From the NCBI GenBank assembly GCA_036338755.1, contig JAYZBN010000007.1, forward strand, positions 3,702 to 67,701: a stretch of 64,000 nt of DNA. Reading direction: 5' to 3'. Positions 29,624 through 37,040 of the stretch are shown one piece after another. Position 1 is the stretch's first letter; each line of letters begins with the position of its first letter. The position numbers and the translations under genes were made by a program. The stretch is from Actinomycetota bacterium. GTDB lineage: Bacteria; Actinomycetota; Actinomycetes; Mycobacteriales; Mycobacteriaceae. The notes under the pieces were generated by a model. It was not told where the DNA came from. It did no database searches and saw only the letters and a list, made by a program, of their open reading frames with translations.

Positions 29624-29639
29624 GAAGGACAACAAGATC

Positions 29640-30038
29640 ATGAAAATCAGCAGTATCGTCGCGCGCCGGAAAGCGGCCGGGATCAGTGCCGGCTGCCTGC
29701 TCGGGGGAATGGCGATGGGCATCATCGGTGCGCCCTCGGCGGCCGCAGCGCCCGACTGCAGCCCAGCCGGTGTGAACAACACCGTTTCCTCGGTGGAAGG
29801 CTCCGCCCAGCAGTATCTGGCGGCGCATCCGGGCGCGAACCAGGTGGTGACGGCCGCCTACGGGCAGCCGCGGCCGGAGGCCGAATCGAGCCTGCGCGGC
29901 TACTTCACCGGCCACCCGCAGGAGTACAACGACCTGCGCGGCATTCTGGCGCCAATCGGCGACACCGAGCGGCAGTGCAATGTCACCGCCCTGCCGCCGA
30001 ACCTGGAGTCGGCTTACCACGAGTTCATGGCCGGCTGA
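29640..30038 (+). CDS. Secreted hemophore-related protein (Rv0203 family)
   Basis: Signal peptide ending AAAAPDCS, followed by a family-typical sequence (AQQYLAAHPGANQ...YFTGHPQEYNDLRGI..P......C). Confidence 0.8.
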   Translation: MKISSIVARRKAAGISAGCLLGGMAMGIIGAPSAAAAPDCSPAGVNNTVSSVEGSAQQYLAAHPGANQVVTAAYGQPRPEAESSLRGYFTGHPQEYNDLRGILAPIGDTERQCNVTALPPNLESAYHEFMAG

Positions 30039-30050
30039 TTGCGCTACGAC

Positions 30051-30080
30051 ACGACCCGCCACAGCGCCGTGGCGGGTCGT
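30051..30080 (+). terminator. Intrinsic-terminator-like hairpin after the hemophore-like gene
   Basis: acgacccgccac-agcgcc-gtggcgggtcgt: perfect 12-bp stem with a 6-nt loop, 13 nt after the stop codon. The T tract is only tt. Confidence 0.65.
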
Positions 30081-30167
30081 TGCCATGTGGGGGCGCTAGT
30101 TCGGCCGTGTGAACAACTTCTCCGGCGGGTAATTGTGCAGTCAGCTACCAGAATTGGAGGGCGGAAA

Positions 30168-31223
30168 ATGCGGCTGCGCCGGAGCGTGCTGAGCAAGCCT
30201 GGTATCGCGCGCAAGCGTCGCGGTAAAGGCTTCGCCTATTACCAGCCGGATGGCAAACCGCTGTCCGACCCGGAAACCCTGCAGCGCATCAAGGATCTGG
30301 TCATCCCACCTGCCTGGAAGAACGTGTGGATTGCGCCGTACAGCAACGGCCACATCCAAGCCGTGGGCGTCGACGCCGCCGGGCGGCGGCAGTATCTGTA
30401 CCACTCCCTCTGGCAACAGGAACGCGCCGAGGAGAAATTCGACCGTGTGCTGGAACTGTCGACGCGGCTGCCGGTGTGGCGCGCCGAGATTGCCAAAGAC
30501 CTGACGCGCAAGGGCTTGACCCGCAAGCGGGTGCTGGCGCTCGCGCTGCGGCTGCTCGATCGCGGGTACTTTCGCGCCGGCGGCGAGCAATACGCCGAGG
30601 AGAACGAGTCCTACGGTCTGTCCACCCTGCTATGTGAGCATGTGGTGGTCCGGCGCGATGCGGTCGAGTTCGATTTCCCCGCCAAGAGCGGAGTCCGGCG
30701 CACCGTGGAAATCGAGGATCCCGACGTGGTCCGCGCGGTGCGTGCGTTGACGCGCCGCCCCGACCGCACCGAGCGATTGCTGGTGTGCCGCACCTCATCC
30801 GGCTGGCTCGATGTTCGTGCCGCCGACCTGAACGAGCGATTCAAGGAACTGGTCGGCGACGAATACACCGTGAAGGACCTGCGGACGTGGCATGGGACGG
30901 TGCTGGCGGCCGCGGCATTCGCCGACGCGGACCCTGCCGTCTCTCGCCGGGTGGCCAAACGCGTTGAATCCGCAGTGATGAAAGAGGTGGCCGAGGAGCT
31001 GGGCAACACTCCGGCGGTCGCGCGCGGATCCTACGTCGACCCCCGCGTGGTCACCGGTTACGAGCAGGGGCTGACCATCGCGGCGGCGACCCGCCGCGCC
31101 GAACGCGCCCGCAAACCCGACGTCGCCCAGGAGATCCTGGACAAGGCCACCCGCATGTTGATCCGGCGAGTGGCCAAGGGCCACAGCGCTGGTGGATCCT
31201 CGGCGCTGCCCAAATCGGCGTGA
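30168..31223 (+). CDS. Type IB DNA topoisomerase (poxvirus-like bacterial TopIB)
   Basis: N-terminal GFAYYQPDGKPLSDPETLQRIKDLVIPPAW and the C-terminal catalytic-Tyr context ARGSYVDPRV. ATG follows the RBS GGAGGG. Confidence 0.9.
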   Translation: MRLRRSVLSKPGIARKRRGKGFAYYQPDGKPLSDPETLQRIKDLVIPPAWKNVWIAPYSNGHIQAVGVDAAGRRQYLYHSLWQQERAEEKFDRVLELSTRLPVWRAEIAKDLTRKGLTRKRVLALALRLLDRGYFRAGGEQYAEENESYGLSTLLCEHVVVRRDAVEFDFPAKSGVRRTVEIEDPDVVRAVRALTRRPDRTERLLVCRTSSGWLDVRAADLNERFKELVGDEYTVKDLRTWHGTVLAAAAFADADPAVSRRVAKRVESAVMKEVAEELGNTPAVARGSYVDPRVVTGYEQGLTIAAATRRAERARKPDVAQEILDKATRMLIRRVAKGHSAGGSSALPKSA

Positions 31224-31305
31224 GCGGTCGCGCCAGCTGAAAACTGGCTGAGAGTCGCCTGACCTGCCGAATAACACCGGCGAATCCGGGTAACCGGGCT
31301 CGTGT
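31218..31305 (+). ncRNA. THI-box (TPP riboswitch)-like aptamer candidate
   Basis: CUGAGA at 31248-53 directly after a hairpin (CCAG-N7-CUGG). ACCUGCCGAAUAACACCGGCGAA aligns to the consensus ACCUGAUCCGGAUAAUGCCGGCGUA at about 19 of 23 positions. A three-way junction can be drawn: P1 31218-25/31298-305, P2 31226-31/31254-59, P3 31233-36/31244-47, P4 31262-65/31288-91, P5 31266-69/31278-81. The usual GGGG/ACCC and AGGGA elements are not canonical. Confidence 0.4.
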
Positions 31306-31476
31306 GGGAAGTGCCCAAGTCGTCCTCGCGGCGGCAGCCTGCGTGGGTCTCGTCTGTCAGCGGCGGCCGCTAGCGGCTGGTTCGCGTCTCGACAACGGTG
31401 CCACGCAGGTGGTTCAAACAATAGCCACACCGCCCATCCGCCAGCACAGTAGGACCGTCTGCCGAGGAGCGAAAAC

Positions 31477-33270
31477 ATGTCCAAAAAAGAGGTTTCCGAC
31501 TATCTGCTAGAGCGCTTGCGGGCGTGGGGCGTTGAACATGTATTCGGGTACCCCGGCGACGGCATCAACGGCCTGCTGGCGGCGTGGGGACGCGCGGACA
31601 ACAAACCCAAGTTCATCCAGTCGCGCCACGAGGAGATGAGTGCCTTCGAGGCGGTGGGCTACGCGAAATTCACCGGCCGGGTCGGAGTTTGCGCCGCCAC
31701 CTCGGGCCCCGGCGCGATCCACCTGCTCAACGGCCTCTACGACGCCAAGCTCGACCATGTTCCGGTGGTGGCCATCGTCGGCCAGACCAACCGCAGCGCG
31801 ATGGGCGGAAACTACCAGCAAGAGGTCGACCTGCTGACCCTTTTCAAGGACGTCGCCAGCGACTACGTCCAGATGGTCACCGTCCCCGAACAATTGCCCA
31901 ACGTGCTCGACCGCGCGATCCGCATCGCGATGACCCAGCGGGCCCCGACGGCGTTGATCATCCCCAGCGACGTCCAGGAGCTGCCATACTCTCCGCCCGA
32001 ACACGCGTTCAAGATGGTGCCCTCCAGCCTCGGCATCGAATATCCGGAAATCGCCCCGGACGACACCGCCATCGCGCGCGCCGCCGATGTGCTGAATGCG
32101 GGCAAGAAGGTCGCCATGCTGGTGGGCTCCGGCGCCCGCGGCGCCCAAGACGAGCTCGCCGAAGTCGCCGACCTGCTCGGTGCGGGCGCGGCGAAGGCGT
32201 TGCTGGGCAAGGACGTGTTGTCGGACGAATTGCCCTGGGTCACCGGCTCGATCGGCTTGCTGGGGACGCGGCCGAGCTATGAGTTGATGCGCGACTGCGA
32301 CACGCTGCTGACCGTCGGCTCGAGCTTCCCGTACACGCAGTTCCTGCCGGAATTCGGTCAAGCGCGCGCGGTGCAGATCGACGTCGACGGCCGGATGATC
32401 GGCATGCGCTACCCGTTCGAGGTCAACCTGGTTGCCGACGCGAAGACCGCACTGCGGGCGTTGATCCCACACCTGCGCCGCAAAGAGGACCGCTCGTGGC
32501 GCGAGGGCATCGAGAAGACCGTGGCCCGCTGGTGGGAGACCATGGACAAGGAGGCCATGGTCAGCGCTCACCCGGTCAACCCGTTGCGATTGTTCTCGGA
32601 GCTGTCGCCGCAGTTGCCCGACAATGCCATCGTCGCAGCCGATTCCGGCTCGTCGGCCAACTGGTATGCGCGCAATCTGCGCTTCCGCGGCAACATGCGG
32701 GGCTCGCTGTCGGGCAACCTCGCCACGATGGGCCCGGGGGTTCCGTACGGCATCGGCGCCAAGTTCGGCCACCCGGACCGGCCCGTCATCGTGTTCAGCG
32801 GTGACGGCGCAATGCAGATGAACGGCATGGCCGAACTGATCACGATCAAGCGGTACTGGAACGAGTGGAAAGATCCGCGCCTGATCATCGCGATCCTGCA
32901 CAACAACGACCTGAATCAGGTCACCTGGGAAATGCGGGCGATGGCCGGCGCGCCGAAATTCGCGGAGTCCCAAAATCTTCCCGACATCGACTTCGCCGCG
33001 TTCGCGGCCAGCCTGGGCCTGAACGCGATGACCATCAAGGACCCGGAGGAGCTCTCGGACGCCTGGCGCAACGCGCTGTCCGCGGACCGCCCCACCGTGC
33101 TGGACGTCCACACCGACCCGGACATGCCGCCCATCCCCCCGCACGCCACCTGGGAACAGTTCAAGTCGGCGACCGCGGCGGTGCTCTCCGGTGACGAAGA
33201 CCGGGTGGGCTTCGTCAAGGTCGGACTGAAGACCAAGGCGCAGGAGTTCTTGCCGCACAAGAAGAGTTGA
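31477..33270 (+). CDS. poxB: Pyruvate dehydrogenase (quinone)/pyruvate oxidase, ThDP- and FAD-dependent
   Basis: Collinear with PoxB/Pqo: SRHEEMSAFEAVGYAK...SGPGAIHLLNGLYDA, the ThDP motif GDGAMQMNG...NN, and a C-terminal amphipathic tail. Confidence 0.9.
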   Translation: MSKKEVSDYLLERLRAWGVEHVFGYPGDGINGLLAAWGRADNKPKFIQSRHEEMSAFEAVGYAKFTGRVGVCAATSGPGAIHLLNGLYDAKLDHVPVVAIVGQTNRSAMGGNYQQEVDLLTLFKDVASDYVQMVTVPEQLPNVLDRAIRIAMTQRAPTALIIPSDVQELPYSPPEHAFKMVPSSLGIEYPEIAPDDTAIARAADVLNAGKKVAMLVGSGARGAQDELAEVADLLGAGAAKALLGKDVLSDELPWVTGSIGLLGTRPSYELMRDCDTLLTVGSSFPYTQFLPEFGQARAVQIDVDGRMIGMRYPFEVNLVADAKTALRALIPHLRRKEDRSWREGIEKTVARWWETMDKEAMVSAHPVNPLRLFSELSPQLPDNAIVAADSGSSANWYARNLRFRGNMRGSLSGNLATMGPGVPYGIGAKFGHPDRPVIVFSGDGAMQMNGMAELITIKRYWNEWKDPRLIIAILHNNDLNQVTWEMRAMAGAPKFAESQNLPDIDFAAFAASLGLNAMTIKDPEELSDAWRNALSADRPTVLDVHTDPDMPPIPPHATWEQFKSATAAVLSGDEDRVGFVKVGLKTKAQEFLPHKKS

Positions 33271-33284
33271 CCCGCGCGGGTCAA
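33267..33284. terminator. Perfect 18-bp palindrome TTGACCCGCGCGGGTCAA containing both convergent stop codons
   Basis: The poxB TGA (33268-70) and the udgX TGA (complement of 33281-83) both lie in the arms of the palindrome. Confidence 0.5.
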
Positions 33285-33943
33285 CTCACCAGGCTCGCGC
33301 CCGCGCTGCGCAGGTCGTCGACGAACGAGTTGTACACCTGATCGTGTCGGTCGCTGCGGTCGCGCAGCACCGACGAGGGGTGCACCGTCGCAAAGACGAT
33401 CGGCTCCGGTGTGAGGTCGACGTCGACGGACGCCGGCAGCCGCAGTTGTTGGCCACGCTGGGTGGAAACACGAAAGGTGTTGCCCAGCAAGGACTGCGCG
33501 GCCGTCGCACCCAGGCACACGACGACTTGGGGCCGCACCGCCTCGATCTCGGCGATCAGCCATGGTCGGCACGCGACTACTTCGGTGCGGCCGGGCTTTT
33601 GGTGGATGCGTCGCTTGCCGCCCTTACGGGTGAACTTGAAGTGCTTGACGGCGTTGGTCTCATAGACCAGCGCCGGGTCGATGCCGGCATCGTCGAGAGC
33701 ACGGGCGAGCAACCGCCCGGCCGGGCCTACGAACGGCTCGCCAGCGCGGTCCTCCTGGTCGCCCGGTTGCTCGCCCACCAACATGATCGGCGCCCCGGAA
33801 TTCCCGTTGCCGAACACCGTTTGGGTGGCGTCTTCGAAAAGTAAACAGCCGTGGCACGTTTCGGCCGCGTCGCGCAGCGCGTCGAGGTCCCGCTGCTGCG
33901 GAAGGTAGCGGTCGGCCCCGGGTGCGTTCGATGTTGCGGCCAT
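33281..33943 (-). CDS. udgX: UdgX-type family-4-like uracil-DNA glycosylase (covalent uracil-DNA binding class)
   Basis: Motif A GEQPG, Fe-S cysteines (CHGC..), and the UdgX-specific insertion KGGKRRIHQKP containing KRRIH. Long collinear similarity to M. smegmatis UdgX as I remember it. Start at MAATSNAP. Confidence 0.85.
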   Translation of the reverse strand: MAATSNAPGADRYLPQQRDLDALRDAAETCHGCLLFEDATQTVFGNGNSGAPIMLVGEQPGDQEDRAGEPFVGPAGRLLARALDDAGIDPALVYETNAVKHFKFTRKGGKRRIHQKPGRTEVVACRPWLIAEIEAVRPQVVVCLGATAAQSLLGNTFRVSTQRGQQLRLPASVDVDLTPEPIVFATVHPSSVLRDRSDRHDQVYNSFVDDLRSAGASLVS

Positions 33944-33955
33944 GGTGCGCTGAAG

Positions 33956-34000
33956 GGCGTGGTACCCCCCGCTCCCCCACCGAGCAGGGGGTACCACGCC
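33956..34000 (-). terminator. Long hairpin between the hemerythrin stop codon and the udgX start
   Basis: ggcgtggtaccccc (33956-69) pairs perfectly with gggggtaccacgcc (33987-34000), with a 17-nt loop. Could act as a terminator or as a regulatory dyad. Confidence 0.5.
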
Positions 34001-34013
34001 ATGGGTGGCTGCG

Positions 34014-34574
34014 TCAGCCTTTGCCGAGGATGGTGTCGCGGGCCCGGTCAAGCATCGCCGCGAACGGTCCGGCGGCCAGATTGGCCACCTGCGATTCCAC
34101 TCCGGGGTGCGGGCGGGTGGGCGCAATCGCCTCGGCGAGCTTGGCGGCGCGCCCCATGCGCTCGAGCTCCTCGCCGCTCAATTCCTCACCCAGCTTGGCG
34201 AATTCGTCGTACTCCTCGTGCTCGGCGTGTTCGATGACCGCGTCGCGCAGCTTGGTCAATTCGCGAGTGAACTCCTCGCTGTCGACGTCAAGCTTTTCCA
34301 GCTTCTGCAGAACGGTCTTGGCTTCGTGCTCTTCGTGGAGGCGCTTGTCGACCACGGCGGCGCCGTCGGAGATCTTGCGCTTGGCGCGGGGGTGCACGAT
34401 CTCCTCCTCCGCGGTTTCGTGGACGGCGAGCAGCCGCCGAAGCTCGACGAAGGCCTTCTCGCGGGCCTTTCCGGACGCCGCCAGTGTCTCGGCGAACATC
34501 GCTTTGATCTGCTCATGCTGACTGACGAGGAAGTCGACCACGTCGGTGGGCGACTTGATGGCGTTCGTTGCCAC
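34014..34574 (-). CDS. Hemerythrin (HHE cation-binding) domain protein
   Basis: H/E ligand pattern (VSQHEQI, HETAEEEIVHP, HEEHE, IEHAEHEE). 186 aa. Confidence 0.85.
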   Translation of the reverse strand: MATNAIKSPTDVVDFLVSQHEQIKAMFAETLAASGKAREKAFVELRRLLAVHETAEEEIVHPRAKRKISDGAAVVDKRLHEEHEAKTVLQKLEKLDVDSEEFTRELTKLRDAVIEHAEHEEYDEFAKLGEELSGEELERMGRAAKLAEAIAPTRPHPGVESQVANLAAGPFAAMLDRARDTILGKG

Positions 34575-34632
34575 AGTGTCCCTCCCATCTACTTTGGTTC
34601 GACGCGCAAGGCTGTGCGCGCTCCGTCAACGG

Positions 34633-34658
34633 CTACCCGACGAATCCGGGCGTCAAAC
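34633..34658 (-). promoter_or_regulatory. SigF-type promoter candidate for the hemerythrin gene (GTTT-N16-GGGTAG)
   Basis: Minus-strand GTTT at 34658-34655 and GGGTAG at 34638-34633, 59 nt upstream of the ATG. Confidence 0.5.
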
Positions 34659-34720
34659 GGAGTGTGGCCGCGCCCGCGCGGGGTATGTACTGGACAAACA
34701 GCGAAAGGAGCTCGCGGTCG

Positions 34721-35794
34721 ATGGATGCCGAAATCGATTCCCGCACTCGCCACCGCATCCGGGCTCTGTTGCGCTGCGGAGTCGTCGGCGTGCTCGCGAC
34801 GGCCGCGCTGAGCACGGGCTGTTCGCGCCCCGGAGCATCGCTGGAAGCCGCGCCCGACGTCGAACTCTGGCAGGCAGGCGCCGCGTTGCACGAGCCGGTG
34901 TGGTCGTATCGGATGAACGCGTTGGTCGCGCTCACCGACGACCACCGATTGGCCGAGGTCAGTGCCGGCGATCACGGCGCAGGGGCCAAGACGCGGTTTT
35001 CCGCGCCCATGGCGTCCGGGCGCAACCTGCAAATCAGCCGAAAAGACGAGCGGGTGGTGTTCGTGCCACAACCCGAGCGCGGCAAGGTGGCGGAGGTCGA
35101 ACTGGAAAGCCTGCGCCAGGTCAACGATTTTGACGCCGGACCGGCGCCGGCCTACCTGACCGAGGATTCGGGATTGCGGATGCTGCTTGCGCTTTCGGCG
35201 GATGGGAAGGCGGTGACGCCGGTGGATCAGTACGGCTACCGCAAGCTCCCCACCGCGACCACCGGCGAGAGCGCGGACACCATAGACGGCGCCAATCGCG
35301 GCCGCGAGCTGGACTACCACCTGTTCGGCTCGTCGGGCATCCGCCATTTCCAGGGGACATCGTCGCCCGCGGCGGAACGCGGATCACTGGACCTCGACGT
35401 CGCGGTTTCGGCGGGCGACGGCACCGCGGTGACACGCAGCTACGTGGCCGGACGCGACGACGACACCCTGCGCGCCGTCGACTCGCGCCGCGGCGGAAAG
35501 GGATTGGAGGTGCTGGCCAGCACGCGGTTACCGTCCCCGATCCGCGAACTCGGCACCGACGACACCAGGATCTATGCGGCCACCGACCACGAACTGGTGA
35601 CGCTGGAGGCGGCGTGCTTCACCGGTTTTCCGGACGGTCACATCCCGGTACTGCGCGCCATCGATTACCGGTCGGGGCTGCCTCCCGACGCCCGGGCGGC
35701 CCAGCTCTCGGGAATGGCCGTCGGGCCGCATCGGGTGTACCTGACCTTCGCGCACGCGCCCTACGTGGTCGGCATCGCCAAACCGCGCCTGTGA
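34721..35794 (+). CDS. Putative lipoprotein of unknown function
   Basis: ATG at 34721 follows the RBS GAAAGGAG. Signal peptide with the lipobox LSTGC. No domain recognised. Confidence 0.6.
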   Translation: MDAEIDSRTRHRIRALLRCGVVGVLATAALSTGCSRPGASLEAAPDVELWQAGAALHEPVWSYRMNALVALTDDHRLAEVSAGDHGAGAKTRFSAPMASGRNLQISRKDERVVFVPQPERGKVAEVELESLRQVNDFDAGPAPAYLTEDSGLRMLLALSADGKAVTPVDQYGYRKLPTATTGESADTIDGANRGRELDYHLFGSSGIRHFQGTSSPAAERGSLDLDVAVSAGDGTAVTRSYVAGRDDDTLRAVDSRRGGKGLEVLASTRLPSPIRELGTDDTRIYAATDHELVTLEAACFTGFPDGHIPVLRAIDYRSGLPPDARAAQLSGMAVGPHRVYLTFAHAPYVVGIAKPRL

Positions 35795-35861
35795 CGGGTT
35801 TGCCCAAGCGCCCTCGTCGGCTACATTTCGGGCAGGTTCTCCCCGCTAAGGAGGCACTGGG

Positions 35862-36872
35862 GTGACCAACCCGCAGGACCCGTACTGGCAAAACCCGCTC
35901 AGCTATGACCCGCTCGGCCGCGTCCCGCCGGCCGACGAGGAGCTACCCGACGAGCTGCCCACCGCGCCTTCGCCTTTCACGCCGCCGCCAGCGCCCTACC
36001 GCCCGCCGGTCAACACCATGGCGACGCTGTCGCTGGTCTTCGCATTCCTCTTCGCGCCGGCGGGGGCGATTCTGGGACATCTCGGCCTGTCGCAGATCCG
36101 CCGCACCGGCGAACTCGGCCGCGACCGCGCGCTGGTGGGCGTGACGCTGTCGTACATCTTCATCCTGTTGGCGGTCGTCGCCCTGGCCGGGTGGGCCACG
36201 CTTTCCGGTTCGACCTCCCCGAACCGGACGCCTCCCGGGTCCAGCACGGCGGCCGGGCCGCCGCCGCCCACAGTCCCCCCGGAGACCATCGCCACGCTGC
36301 TACCTGGGCTCGACGCCCTGCGGAACATCACCGGCGATGCGAACCTCGATGCCGGACCGACCTGGAACAGCCCCGGCCGACCCGCGGATGACGGCAGCAT
36401 CGACCGCCCGGAGTGTTGGGGAAGCATCGCCGCCGGCAGCCCGGACGCCTACCCTCCGGGGGCGCTGGCCGGATATCACGCCGGGCAATTCACCGATACG
36501 CGCAGCATGCTGAAGTCGATGCAGGTCATCCAGAGCGTGGGGGCGTTCCGCGACCCCGCCGCCGCCCAGGCCCAGCTTGCGGGCTTGCTGTCGGGATGGC
36601 GCCAGTGCGGCGGCTACACCGTCACCGTGACCGCCCCCGGCGGACGGCCGATCCCGATGTCGTTGGGCACGCCCGCCGACGCCGGCAACGGCATCACCAC
36701 CCTGGATCTGACGCCCAAGGCCATTCAGGTGCGCTCGGCGCGGGCGATCGCCACCAAGGCGAACGTCGTCATCGACCTGAGCGTGTCCGCCAACGGCACT
36801 ACGGACAGCGGGCCGCCCCGCGCGGCCGCGGTCAGCATCGCCAACTACATCCTCGGCAAGATCCCCGGCTGA
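35862..36872 (+). CDS. DUF4190 membrane domain plus PknH-like extracellular sensor domain protein
   Basis: Pro-rich N-terminus and two TM helices (LSLVFAFLFAPAGAILGHLGLSQIRR). C-terminal Cys-containing sensor domain (PECWGS...WRQCGG). Confidence 0.75.
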   Translation: MTNPQDPYWQNPLSYDPLGRVPPADEELPDELPTAPSPFTPPPAPYRPPVNTMATLSLVFAFLFAPAGAILGHLGLSQIRRTGELGRDRALVGVTLSYIFILLAVVALAGWATLSGSTSPNRTPPGSSTAAGPPPPTVPPETIATLLPGLDALRNITGDANLDAGPTWNSPGRPADDGSIDRPECWGSIAAGSPDAYPPGALAGYHAGQFTDTRSMLKSMQVIQSVGAFRDPAAAQAQLAGLLSGWRQCGGYTVTVTAPGGRPIPMSLGTPADAGNGITTLDLTPKAIQVRSARAIATKANVVIDLSVSANGTTDSGPPRAAAVSIANYILGKIPG

Positions 36873-36881
36873 GCAGCCTAC

Positions 36882-37031
36882 GGTTCGCCCGGCTTTGCCG
36901 CGCTCGCGATCGCCACTACCCACATGAGTGGCGACCCGCAGCGCCCGGCTCCGCCGCGCTCGCGATCGCCACTACCCACATGAGTGGCGACCCGCAGCGC
37001 CCGGCTCCGCCGCGCTCGCGATCGCCACTAC
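36882..37031. repeat. 56-bp tandem repeat (MIRU/VNTR-like): two perfect units plus partial units on each side
   Basis: Units 36901-36956 and 36957-37012 are identical (cgctcgcgatcgccactacccacatgagtggcgacccgcagcgcccggctccgccg). The first 19 nt recur at 37013-31, and a degenerate unit tail lies at 36882-36900. Intergenic, ending 9 nt before the AKR start. Confidence 0.9.
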
Positions 37032-37040
37032 GCTGAGCCC

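Noticed and set aside
30107-30132. SigF-type promoter upstream of TopIB (GTGT-N16-GGGTAA)
   Set aside because: The -35 element deviates (GTGT rather than GTTT) and the motif sits directly after a strong terminator hairpin. It is plausible but weaker than the other four candidates, so it is not listed as a feature.
31507-33258. 583-aa ORF on the minus strand opposite poxB, and similar long antisense ORFs at 1054..2481, 40039..41181 and 50102..51400
   Set aside because: The same reasoning applies. In each case the opposite strand encodes a protein with strong family motifs, and the antisense products are R/G/P/A-rich with no domains.
36882-37031. The 56-bp repeat as a CRISPR array
   Set aside because: The units are directly adjacent with no spacers, there are only about 2.7 copies, and no cas genes are nearby. 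It is a tandem repeat, not a CRISPR array.
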